Positions 9,359 to 17,964 of a DNA stretch of 64,000 bases are shown here, one piece after another. Location of the stretch: IMG/VR virus record IMGVR_UViG_3300027801_002650, positions 1 through 64,000 of that record; one strand, given 5' to 3'. Both the position numbers and the translations under genes were made by a program. The stretch's first letter is position 1, and the number at the start of each line of letters is the position of its first letter. This DNA is from a virus. Below the pieces are notes generated by a model, which searched no databases, was not told where the DNA came from, and saw only the letters and a list, made by a program, of their open reading frames with translations.

Positions 9359-10446
9359 TAGAATTGCCCTTCTGAAAATGGATCGTTCTCCGAAAAGTCG
9401 ATGAAGTTATTAGCAAAATCCTCGAGTTCAACATTCATTGCTGATTCATCAGCATTGTCTGACAGTTCCTCGAGTTCAACCGAAGGAGCATTACCAAGAC
9501 CATCATTTGCGAGAAGGTAGGTAAAGGTAGTATAAGCACCAGATGTTTGCCCATAAATGTGGTCACCCGTAGATAGTCCTGGCGTCATTGGAGCGATGAC
9601 AAGTTTACCAGTGTTGCTATCATGACTAAGAACACGAGCACTTGCAGTATTAGCGTTACTATCGTCCGTTCCAAGCACCGTAGTTTCACGGAGAATTTCG
9701 CCACGTTGAAACTGCCCAACAGCACCACCTTCAATAGTAGTACAGGTTGATTCGACAAGCATCTGAGAGAGTTTATCTTCGATACTATCGATTTCAGGAA
9801 CTCCAGTAATAAATATTTCATTGCTATACTCTAGTAAGTCACACGTCAGCACAAATTGGGGCAATGTTCCTCCTGGATACATTGGAGACTCATGCTCAAC
9901 AAAAGTGATTTGGAAACACTTTTCGTTGTACGGAAAATAAATCAAGTCACCTTCCATTGGACGACGATTTCTGCTTCCATACTGAACGCTATCTTCTAAG
10001 TAAAATTTGTCACCAGAATCATCCTCGTTTACTAGACGATCGATTGTTGATCCTGTTTCTGGTTCAAATAATAATCTATCATATCCATCAGAATCTTCCG
10101 TATTCCATGTCTGGACTGGTGATGCTGAGGTTAGTTCCAACTCATCCCAAGTTTTTCTGGAGCAAGACAATGTAACTCTATCTTTAATATCCAGACCAAA
10201 CTTAGAATAAAACTCGCCTTCGCCTTCAAATCCCTCAGTCGACTCTAACATCATTGCTACGTTGAGTGAGGTCTTGAAAATGAGTTGAGTTGCTTGTCCA
10301 AAGATAGGGTCTTCTCTATTGTAATCTTCTCTAGGCAGGTATATTATATCTCGACCACCGAGAAAAATAGTCTCGGCAGTGATCGATTGAATAAGTCCTT
10401 GTTCCCCAACATCTCTATAGTGGTGTATGTATGGACTTGTTGGCAT
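9358..10446 (-). CDS. gp14: neck protein (T4 gp14)
   Basis: YLPR, SKFGL, RP.EGDLIYFP, FVEHE.P, C-terminal IDFSENDPF. Confidence 0.92.
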   Translation of the reverse strand: MPTSPYIHHYRDVGEQGLIQSITAETIFLGGRDIIYLPREDYNREDPIFGQATQLIFKTSLNVAMMLESTEGFEGEGEFYSKFGLDIKDRVTLSCSRKTWDELELTSASPVQTWNTEDSDGYDRLLFEPETGSTIDRLVNEDDSGDKFYLEDSVQYGSRNRRPMEGDLIYFPYNEKCFQITFVEHESPMYPGGTLPQFVLTCDLLEYSNEIFITGVPEIDSIEDKLSQMLVESTCTTIEGGAVGQFQRGEILRETTVLGTDDSNANTASARVLSHDSNTGKLVIAPMTPGLSTGDHIYGQTSGAYTTFTYLLANDGLGNAPSVELEELSDNADESAMNVELEDFANNFIDFSENDPFSEGQF

Positions 10447-10779
10447 TTATGTCCTAGTTACTGTGATATCCATTGTCGCAGGATCGATAGTAATATCGCA
10501 CGAAATTGTCATTGGGCCAATATCTGGCATGTCCGGCATCCCGGGAATCGATGGAACATCATTGTTGTCAGGATCGACCATGCAGTCAATAAAATGTTCC
10601 ATAGTGTCGCAAGGGTGGCTTGGATCTGAACTTATGATTGTGTCAATCGCTTCCATTGCGTCAGGTGGAACTGCCTTTTTAATCATCTTCATTACGTGGT
10701 CTTTTGCGAGATCTGTTGCCGCATCGGCACAGAGACCTCCAATTACATTAGTCAACAAGGGTATTAATAAGGGTAACAT
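10447..10779 (-). CDS. hypothetical 110-aa protein with amphipathic N-terminus and Asp/Pro/Met/Cys-rich C-terminus
   Basis: Abuts gp14 and the upstream gene; GGAG RBS before the ATG. Confidence 0.65.
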   Translation of the reverse strand: MLPLLIPLLTNVIGGLCADAATDLAKDHVMKMIKKAVPPDAMEAIDTIISSDPSHPCDTMEHFIDCMVDPDNNDVPSIPGMPDMPDIGPMTISCDITIDPATMDITVTRT

Positions 10780-11117
10780 TATTCTCCTTTTTTTGGTTTA
10801 CTTGATGAAATGCGGGCATCGATTTGTTTTAATTTTGCTGTACTTACGTGGACTACAAAGTCTACCAACACAGGCAACAAATCCCTAAAGGATAATGCCA
10901 CTAAAAATGCTATCAAATATTCAAACTCTTTATAAGGTACTAAGTAACTAATCTGAAAAATATAGTAAACAAACAGCATTCCCGAACTCATGTAAACTGC
11001 GTTGCGAAAAAAGTTTGCTAATTTGCTAGTTACGTCATTTACCATTACTAAAACAGAGTAAAGTAGTATAAAGACCATCATGAGAATGAGGTTCATGCTT
11101 TCTATTAAAGTTTCCAT
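10779..11117 (-). CDS. small membrane protein, about 3 TM helices (holin-like topology)
   Basis: Three hydrophobic stretches and a basic C-tail (SSSKPKKGE). Holin function is inference only. Confidence 0.55.
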   Translation of the reverse strand: METLIESMNLILMMVFILLYSVLVMVNDVTSKLANFFRNAVYMSSGMLFVYYIFQISYLVPYKEFEYLIAFLVALSFRDLLPVLVDFVVHVSTAKLKQIDARISSSKPKKGE

Positions 11118-11509
11118 TATTTCAATTCTCCCCCAGAATCAGAAAAGCTCGCTTCTGCCTTTGTTTTCTCCAGAGCCAGTTGTTCTCTTTTCTTTTCCTG
11201 TACTATTTGTTGCAGTTCTTGCGGACTGATATTGCACTGGAATGCTTCTAGAATTTCCTGTGCACCTTTTCCTTGCAACAATAAGTTCAAGGATTTTTCA
11301 TAATTATCATTCGCGTCGTCTAATTCATGGTCCACAATAGTTTGTAAAACAGCATTTTCCGCGACAATGATTTTCTCAATCAATGCGGGAAGTGACATTA
11401 TTGTTATTGTTAACCATAAGATAGCACCCACGAGAATCCATAAAACCTTTGACTGCTTTACCATTATCGCAGGTTCATGCTTATCTGTGTTTGTTTGTTC
11501 TTCTGCCAT
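11117..11509 (-). CDS. single-TM coiled-coil protein
   Basis: VLWILVGAILWLTITIMSL TM segment followed by a helical E/Q/K-rich region. Confidence 0.55.
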   Translation of the reverse strand: MAEEQTNTDKHEPAIMVKQSKVLWILVGAILWLTITIMSLPALIEKIIVAENAVLQTIVDHELDDANDNYEKSLNLLLQGKGAQEILEAFQCNISPQELQQIVQEKKREQLALEKTKAEASFSDSGGELK

Positions 11510-11519
11510 TTTATCTCAT

Positions 11520-11527
11520 TATTTATG
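11520..11527 (-). promoter_or_regulatory. late-promoter-like box CATAAATA
   Basis: Lies in the short intergenic gap just upstream of ORF 11117-11509. Confidence 0.45.
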
Positions 11528-11541
11528 TTAAATTTTTCAAA

Positions 11542-12327
11542 TCACGCAACAAAAAAATCCATCGGTAATTCGAAGTTTAGGGACATTTCCTCATTCAGTA
11601 ACTGCAGATTTTCTTTTGCCTCTGAAAGGATCGCCTCGCCATTCAACGTCACACCTCCTGGTAACGCAACACCCTGTAACTTGATCAAATTTGACCCCCA
11701 CTGGTATCTGAAAAGTTCAGTACAATATTTCTTTAACCACATATCATTCCATACATCGGGGTATGTATCCGGATCAGTTTTCCTGTGACCCACAATAATA
11801 ATGGTATCACCTAATATTATATCTGGTTGGCTTGACGCTGCTCCTGGCCATACGAGGTCCAGATAAAGTCTATCTGTATGTCTATTGAATCTTATGTTTT
11901 GTCCACGACTGTTGAAAAGTTCATCAATCATGTCGAGGTTTTGCATTGATATAGCAAAGTTGTTCATATTACCTTTGGCAAGGTGAGGCATGTCATTCAT
12001 CATATATTGGTATTTGAATGACCACATACCGGAAGTGCCTCGCATACTAGTAGGTGGGAGTATGCGTTCAATGCCTATGTATTCGTCTGAGACTTCTATC
12101 CATTGCCTGTCAATGTCAACTTGGGAGAGTTCATGCTTCCAATAATATCGCGATGATCCGTCAAAATGGTAATCTGACCATTTCTGCAATCCTTCGTCTA
12201 TCCGATCTTCTAGTTGAACGTCGGCGACGTTGATTTCAATGACAGGTGACCCAAGTTTCCTTAGGCAATAATTCTTAAAATCTGTTCTGCTTACTGGTTT
12301 GCTCATGGTGCCCCTAAGAAAGTTCAA
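11542..12327 (-). CDS. gp13: neck protein (T4 gp13)
   Basis: YCLRKLG.PVIEINV, YHFDG, VWND.WLK.Y, QWG.NL.K..GV.LPGGVTLNG. The true start is probably ATG 12306 (MSKPVSR). Confidence 0.95.
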   Translation of the reverse strand: MNFLRGTMSKPVSRTDFKNYCLRKLGSPVIEINVADVQLEDRIDEGLQKWSDYHFDGSSRYYWKHELSQVDIDRQWIEVSDEYIGIERILPPTSMRGTSGMWSFKYQYMMNDMPHLAKGNMNNFAISMQNLDMIDELFNSRGQNIRFNRHTDRLYLDLVWPGAASSQPDIILGDTIIIVGHRKTDPDTYPDVWNDMWLKKYCTELFRYQWGSNLIKLQGVALPGGVTLNGEAILSEAKENLQLLNEEMSLNFELPMDFFVA

Positions 12328-12330
12328 CCA

Positions 12331-12358
12331 TATTTAGGGTTACACGAATCCCTAAATA
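12331..12358. promoter_or_regulatory. back-to-back late-promoter-like boxes (CCCTAAATA on both strands)
   Basis: TATTTAGGG (12331-39), 10 nt, CCCTAAATA (12350-58) form an inverted repeat. One box faces gp13 and the other faces the enzyme island. Confidence 0.7.
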
Positions 12359-12362
12359 GTAC

Positions 12363-13739
12363 ATGAATGATAATGTGATTGAATGGGGATTAAGTTTTGG
12401 ATCCCATGACTCGGCTATTTCGGTATTTATTAATGATCAACTTGTCTTTGCTACAGAAGGCGAAAGATGGTCCGGAATCAAGCACGATAAACAACTCCCT
12501 CCTAACCTCCTCAATTTCCTCAGAACAACTTACGGTAAACCTGCTAAAATATACTATTTTGAGGACCACTACAAAAAGGAACATCGGCGCAAAGAAGCAG
12601 GTCAACCTTCTAAACCGAAACCATCCATCTGGAACGGCAACGATGTCTTTCACTATGATTCCTGGATTCTTACTGGTCATCATCAATCACATGCTAGCTG
12701 GGGATATTATACTAGCCCATTTGATACATGCACCACCCTTGTTATCGACAGTATCGGCGAATGGGATACAATGTCTGTATGGAAATGCGCAAATGGAAAA
12801 ATGACAAAAATATCTGGATGGACTTACCCACAATCATTAGGACTGATGTATACTGCCGCAACCATAGCAGGTGGATGGAGAGGCAACGACGAAGAATACA
12901 AAATGATGGGTGCATCTGCCTTAGGGAATGGTGACAAAGAATACAATATCCTGAAAGAACTATTTGATTCAAAATACAACTTTCACAAAGGATGGGTATA
13001 TGAGGGTGATAGGTTTGAAATTGCTGCTGGTGCCCAGAAACTATACGAAAAGTGGTTACATAACATAACAACGAACATAACTGGCCCCATAGTTTTGACT
13101 GGGGGATGCGCACTCAATGTACGAGCAAACATGCTGATCAAAAATGATCTGTACGTACCACCTGCCCCGAATGATGCTGGATCAGCAATAGGTTGTGTCT
13201 TAGCGCATAAGAAACAAAAACTTGACATTTCTCCCTATCTAGGGTATAATATAATGAAGCCAATTGTTTTAGAGGAAATAGGTAAAGAATTGACAGACGA
13301 CGGCATAGTTGGAGTTGCACATGGTAAATGTGAGTTTGGGCCAAGAGCACTGGGTAACAGATCTATACTAGCCAATCCTAGAAAAAGGCACTGGAAAGAA
13401 AGACTGTGCAAGATAAAGAACCGAAGCAGTTGGAGACCATTTGGTTGCATCGTGAAAGAAGAAGACGTAAATAAGTATTTCTTGCGTGGAAAACCTTCCC
13501 CTTATATGAATACATGCTTCTTTGCCAACCAGAATATGAATGATTTTCCTGTAGAATTATTGCACGAAGATCAAACTGTTAGAGTGCAAACAATAACTTC
13601 TGACCATTACCTTTATCCTCTCCTCAACGACTTCCCAGTCCTAATAAACACGTCACTAAATATAAACGGGAAGCCAATCTGTAATAATGAGCAAGATGTG
13701 GAAGATTTCAAACGGGAAACAGGTATCGCTGTCCTATAA
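12363..13739 (+). CDS. carbamoyltransferase (NodU/CmcH/TobZ family)
   Basis: HDSA, HHQSHA, DSIGEW, SLGLMY, EYKMMG, GGCALN, DAGSAIG, EFGPRALGNRSILA, RVQT, NTSLN..GKPI. Confidence 0.93.
   Translation: MNDNVIEWGLSFGSHDSAISVFINDQLVFATEGERWSGIKHDKQLPPNLLNFLRTTYGKPAKIYYFEDHYKKEHRRKEAGQPSKPKPSIWNGNDVFHYDSWILTGHHQSHASWGYYTSPFDTCTTLVIDSIGEWDTMSVWKCANGKMTKISGWTYPQSLGLMYTAATIAGGWRGNDEEYKMMGASALGNGDKEYNILKELFDSKYNFHKGWVYEGDRFEIAAGAQKLYEKWLHNITTNITGPIVLTGGCALNVRANMLIKNDLYVPPAPNDAGSAIGCVLAHKKQKLDISPYLGYNIMKPIVLEEIGKELTDDGIVGVAHGKCEFGPRALGNRSILANPRKRHWKERLCKIKNRSSWRPFGCIVKEEDVNKYFLRGKPSPYMNTCFFANQNMNDFPVELLHEDQTVRVQTITSDHYLYPLLNDFPVLINTSLNINGKPICNNEQDVEDFKRETGIAVL
13222..13250 (+). promoter_or_regulatory. 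intragenic sigma70-type promoter
   Basis: aaaaacTTGACAtttctccctatctagggTATAAT, a perfect consensus with 17-bp spacer inside the carbamoyltransferase inter-domain linker. Confidence 0.75.
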
Positions 13740-14229
13740 TGAGATTGAGACCAATGATGTCCTAGAAATAGAAAACTTTTGGGTTCCATATTGGAAACAA
13801 CGAAGGTATATTAACTACGACATCAACTATCTTAAAATAGATAGAATGGAGACTTGTTTCATTTATAGAAATCATGGCGAGTTCTGTATGATGTCGGGTG
13901 TTGATGACATAAGCAATTTTATCCCGAATACATACAGAATATTAGTACGGGCAACCACAACACAATATGCCCCCAAAGTCTGGGGAAAGTACGTTGAAGA
14001 AAGATTTTTCTCAAATGTGGTCGCGGGAATCTCGTTAGATTGGTGCTTAGAAAAAGGCAAAGAAGTAGTAATCACAACAAACGTTGATTCCAGAATAACA
14101 AAGGTTGTCAGACGCAGTAAAAGAAAATGGTTACATGAAAGATCAATCGAAAACATATATGGAGTCGATCAGGTTGTTTGGGATATTGATTATGAAAGAT
14201 GCATAGATGATAGAACAATTAGATTTTGA
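13687..14229 (+). CDS. hypothetical protein (possibly GNAT-like fold)
   Basis: Operonic ORF. The fold guess rests only on the alpha/beta pattern. Confidence 0.5.
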   Translation: MSKMWKISNGKQVSLSYNEIETNDVLEIENFWVPYWKQRRYINYDINYLKIDRMETCFIYRNHGEFCMMSGVDDISNFIPNTYRILVRATTTQYAPKVWGKYVEERFFSNVVAGISLDWCLEKGKEVVITTNVDSRITKVVRRSKRKWLHERSIENIYGVDQVVWDIDYERCIDDRTIRF

Positions 14230-14665
14230 CGTTGACATAGAGTTAGTCAAATCTGAAATAAGAAAAATAATACCCGAATACGATGATCAAATACTTTTGC
14301 AGACAGTCAAAGGTAAGGATCCTTTTTATGGAGCTAGAGCAGGCATCGAGTTTACTGAGGGCGAGTTTCAATTCTGTGAGTTCTTTTGGACTGAGATGAC
14401 ATACACTAATTCTATACTGGCAAAGTTTAAATTGGTGAGAAGCAGACTTATGAATCTAAAAAGTAAGACGTGCCTGTCGTATCACAAAGATCCTACGCCA
14501 AGATTTCATATGCCAATCATCACGAACGAAAGTTGTTTTTTAATTATAGACAAAAAAGTACACCACCTCCCCGTGGGTAAGTGTTATATTATCGATAGCA
14601 CTTTACCACACACAGCAGTTAACGCATCCTTCGAGGATAGACTACACATTATAGGAACAATATGA
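14207..14665 (+). CDS. Asp/Asn beta-hydroxylase-like 2OG-Fe(II) oxygenase (cupin)
   Basis: HKD...RFHMPIITN...HTAVNAS...RLHII: HxD...H facial triad plus terminal Arg. Confidence 0.8.
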   Translation: MIEQLDFDVDIELVKSEIRKIIPEYDDQILLQTVKGKDPFYGARAGIEFTEGEFQFCEFFWTEMTYTNSILAKFKLVRSRLMNLKSKTCLSYHKDPTPRFHMPIITNESCFLIIDKKVHHLPVGKCYIIDSTLPHTAVNASFEDRLHIIGTI

Positions 14666-15306
14666 ACGGATCATTTCGCAAAATGATAAAGGAGACGATA
14701 CACGAGTCTCAAAAATGTCAGAGAAACTGGGATCTATCAAAACATATCTCAGAAGAAGACAAACAACTGATCTTAGAATCGGCAACAAATTGCCCCTCAA
14801 AGCAAAACCTCAACTACTATAAATTACACGTTATTGAGGATCGGGGGACTATTGAGAAGATACATGAAAAGACCAAAGGATTTGGTCCAATCTACTTTGA
14901 TTACAATCCAGAACAAAGAGAAGAGAATGCTTATGACGCCAGCAAGTCGGGAGAAATGTATACTAACTCTCAGACCTTGGCTCAATTGCTTTTAGCATTT
15001 ACTAAGAACGATGAAGGGTTGATCGAAAGAGAAAACGATGATGACTATGACGAGGATCGTGCAATGGCAGTTGGTATTGCCGCAGGATACGTCAATGTCG
15101 TTGCCACTCAACTTGGATATGCTACAGGATGTTGCAAGTGTATGGACGGAGATGAGATCGAAGAGATTTTAGGAGAGTCACCTATTTTACTTATGGGTGT
15201 TGGCGTTCCTGATAAGACTCGTAATCGCAGAGAACATCACACTGAGGATTTTGTATTTCCGACTCTTAAGAAAATGAAGAATATCGAAACAGTAATACAT
15301 TCATGA
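14662..15306 (+). CDS. nitroreductase-family flavoprotein
   Basis: QRNWD, CPSKQN, AVGIAAGY...AT.LGYATGCC, LLMGVG.P. Confidence 0.8.
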   Translation: MNGSFRKMIKETIHESQKCQRNWDLSKHISEEDKQLILESATNCPSKQNLNYYKLHVIEDRGTIEKIHEKTKGFGPIYFDYNPEQREENAYDASKSGEMYTNSQTLAQLLLAFTKNDEGLIERENDDDYDEDRAMAVGIAAGYVNVVATQLGYATGCCKCMDGDEIEEILGESPILLMGVGVPDKTRNRREHHTEDFVFPTLKKMKNIETVIHS

Positions 15307-15605
15307 TTCTGACAAATAGTATTATTAAAGTCAAGGGTGAGTTCGAAAGTAAAGAAGAAATAAAAAAGTATCTCTATAGTTTTATAGAAGATCACCCTTT
15401 CCGAAAATACAATCAGGAAATAGCAGACGAATTTGGAGAAGAATTGTTCTCTATGACATTTGTTCCGAAGGACACAGTTGTTTTAACCCAACGTTATCCT
15501 TCTGAAAAACATTACATAATAGCGAAACATTTCAGAGACGACATTATAGAAGTAATGAAAGATATCGTTGAATATTACGAACCAAGTGATCCAATATTGG
15601 TATAG
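15303..15605 (+). CDS. hypothetical protein
   Basis: ATGA overlap with the upstream stop codon; 100 aa. Confidence 0.65.
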   Translation: MILTNSIIKVKGEFESKEEIKKYLYSFIEDHPFRKYNQEIADEFGEELFSMTFVPKDTVVLTQRYPSEKHYIIAKHFRDDIIEVMKDIVEYYEPSDPILV

Positions 15606-15607
15606 TT

Positions 15608-16840
15608 ATGAAATTATGTATTATAGGAGGTAGCACTGCTGGTTGGTGGACTGCTGGATATTTTGAGAAACATATGCCCGATTGGGACATAACATTATAT
15701 GATTCCCCGAATATACCAGGATTAGGTGTTGGCGAATCAACTTTACCGCAACTCAAATGGTGGTGGGAAGAGTTAGGAATACAAGAAAAAGATTGGGTCA
15801 AAGAATCCAATGCTGTTTTAAAATATGGCAACTACAAAGAAGGGTGGAACGCACCCGAATTTGATAAACCATTCGTGACTCGCTTTTGGTTCAACGACGA
15901 TAATAAGTTTGACCAAATGATGGCAGACCCAGCCAACTTTGATAAGAATGGAAAGATAATCGAGGAAAACTTCTATAAGGAATTTGACTCCCCTGACTCT
16001 AGGTCAGATTATGCTTACCATGTTTGCGCAGAATCTGCTGCCGATATAGTAAGACAATCTTGTACACAAACTAAATACATTGAGGAAGAGGTGGATGAAT
16101 TGCCACCAGGTTTTGATTTGTATGTTGACGCAACAGGGTTTAAGCGAAAGTTTGTACAAGATTTTACAAAAATGAGTATTTCAGATTATCATTTTGTGGA
16201 TTCTGCTTGGGTTTGCCCCATGGAGAAATCTCCCAATGATGCTGATGTAACAAAATCAATTGCGAGAAAATATGGTTGGACGTTTGAAGTCAATTTACAG
16301 AATCGCGTGGGCATGGGTTATATACATTCAAGCAGTCACGTTAATAAAGAGGAAGCACTCAAAGAGTTTCGGGAAATTTATGGGGCACTTAATAGAACAC
16401 CCTTGTCCCCACAAGGAGGAGAAAGATTCATAAAGTGGGATCCAATGATCCTACAGAATCCCTGGTCAGACAATGTAGTTGCAATAGGAACATCTTCTGG
16501 TTTTGTAGATCCTCTTGAAGCAACTGCGTTGTTTATGACGCAAAGTGGTATTACGCAATTAGCGAATACTATCAAAAGAGGATACAGCAAGAAATCTTAC
16601 AATCGTGTGATGCGAAGAATATGGAATGACGGACTTAGATTTCAGCTGGCACACTACACTTTGAGCAGTCGAACGGATACACAGTTTTGGCTCGACTCAC
16701 AAAAAGGTGCCGACGAAAAATTTATCTGGGATAATTATCAAAAATACAGTGGCTCATATCAATGGATATTCCCAGATGGGATTTGGTGTCAACTGGGTAT
16801 ATACTTAAATAAAATGGAACACTATGCTCCTAAACTTTAA
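15608..16840 (+). CDS. tryptophan halogenase-family flavin-dependent enzyme
   Basis: IIGGSTAG, GVGEST, AVLKYG (catalytic-Lys position), AYH, DATGF, GFVDPLEAT, HYTLS.RTDT.FW. Confidence 0.88.
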   Translation: MKLCIIGGSTAGWWTAGYFEKHMPDWDITLYDSPNIPGLGVGESTLPQLKWWWEELGIQEKDWVKESNAVLKYGNYKEGWNAPEFDKPFVTRFWFNDDNKFDQMMADPANFDKNGKIIEENFYKEFDSPDSRSDYAYHVCAESAADIVRQSCTQTKYIEEEVDELPPGFDLYVDATGFKRKFVQDFTKMSISDYHFVDSAWVCPMEKSPNDADVTKSIARKYGWTFEVNLQNRVGMGYIHSSSHVNKEEALKEFREIYGALNRTPLSPQGGERFIKWDPMILQNPWSDNVVAIGTSSGFVDPLEATALFMTQSGITQLANTIKRGYSKKSYNRVMRRIWNDGLRFQLAHYTLSSRTDTQFWLDSQKGADEKFIWDNYQKYSGSYQWIFPDGIWCQLGIYLNKMEHYAPKL

Positions 16841-17048
16841 TCACTTAGCTGAGTCAAACTCATCCTACTGGCACCACTTCAAATACTCAGGGTTGTGTAC
16901 AATGTGTGCTGGTGCAGTATTTTTGCTAGGAATAGTTCATACATTTTTTCCGTTTATCGGTGACTGGTGGACAATTAGACTGTCAGAGAAAATATCAAAA
17001 ATAACATATGAACAATTTGGATATAAGAAACTACAAAAAAGAGACTGA
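16824..17048 (+). CDS. small membrane protein (DUF6356-like)
   Basis: HL....SYWHH...hydrophobic...VHTFFPF pattern. Confidence 0.55.
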   Translation: MLLNFNHLAESNSSYWHHFKYSGLCTMCAGAVFLLGIVHTFFPFIGDWWTIRLSEKISKITYEQFGYKKLQKRD

Positions 17049-17964
17049 GGAAATCATTCGTAAGTGGGAAAGAAAAGAGGATTTCACTTATTATACGTCA
17101 GGGTCAACAGGGGTGCCCAAGAAAATAACACATTCCTGGAAATTGATGACAGCTGTTGCTGAGGAGAATTGCCTCTATAATAACTATACAAAGAATGATG
17201 TAATAGTAAACGCATGCCTTCCAGCATCCTCAATCGGATATCCAGTTCTTTCTGTTTTACCTGCTTTGCTGACAGGATGCAGGTTGCAAACAATTGAGTT
17301 TAATCCTTATTCATATCTTGATGTGGTAAAGGAAGCAACTCATATGTTTATTCTTCCAGCAGTGTATAGAGTTATTAAAAAAACTGATAAATGGAAAAAA
17401 TTTGATTGTACTGGGAAAATAGTATCTTGTGGTGCTGACATTGTACCCGAGGGAATCAAGGAAGACGTTTTATCAAAAGGTGCTAAGAAGTTCCATCATT
17501 TATATGGATCGACAGAAGTGCCTCCTGCGATTTCCGACTCAGAAGATGAAAGACAGATCGGCCAAAACCTTTCGCCTTTGATTGATTACTATGTCGAGAA
17601 TGATGAACTGTTTATCAAATGGAAAAGTCAGGAATCATATTGGCAATCTGGGGACTTGGTCGATGAGAACATGAGAGTAACAGGCAGAAAGAAAAATATC
17701 CTAGCATTGAACTGTTCTCGCATACAACCTGAGACCATTGAGAGATACGTACTGGATAACACCAACGTAAATAAATGCCTGCTTACAACCAAAAAAGACA
17801 AGGTATGGATGTATTTTGATGGTGACGAAGAAAATGATGTTGTTAAAGAAAGGGTACAGGAGTGGTATAAAGATTCTCCTGTCACAGTAAAAAAAGTTGG
17901 CAAAATATTAGTCAACAAAATGAATAAACTAATAAGAACCGCACAGTACGAAGGAGTTTCATGA
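17008..17964 (+). CDS. short AMP-binding (ANL) adenylate-forming ligase
   Basis: YTSGSTGVPK, YGSTE, SGDL, GRKKN and a C-terminal Lys motif. Confidence 0.85.
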   Translation: MNNLDIRNYKKETEEIIRKWERKEDFTYYTSGSTGVPKKITHSWKLMTAVAEENCLYNNYTKNDVIVNACLPASSIGYPVLSVLPALLTGCRLQTIEFNPYSYLDVVKEATHMFILPAVYRVIKKTDKWKKFDCTGKIVSCGADIVPEGIKEDVLSKGAKKFHHLYGSTEVPPAISDSEDERQIGQNLSPLIDYYVENDELFIKWKSQESYWQSGDLVDENMRVTGRKKNILALNCSRIQPETIERYVLDNTNVNKCLLTTKKDKVWMYFDGDEENDVVKERVQEWYKDSPVTVKKVGKILVNKMNKLIRTAQYEGVS

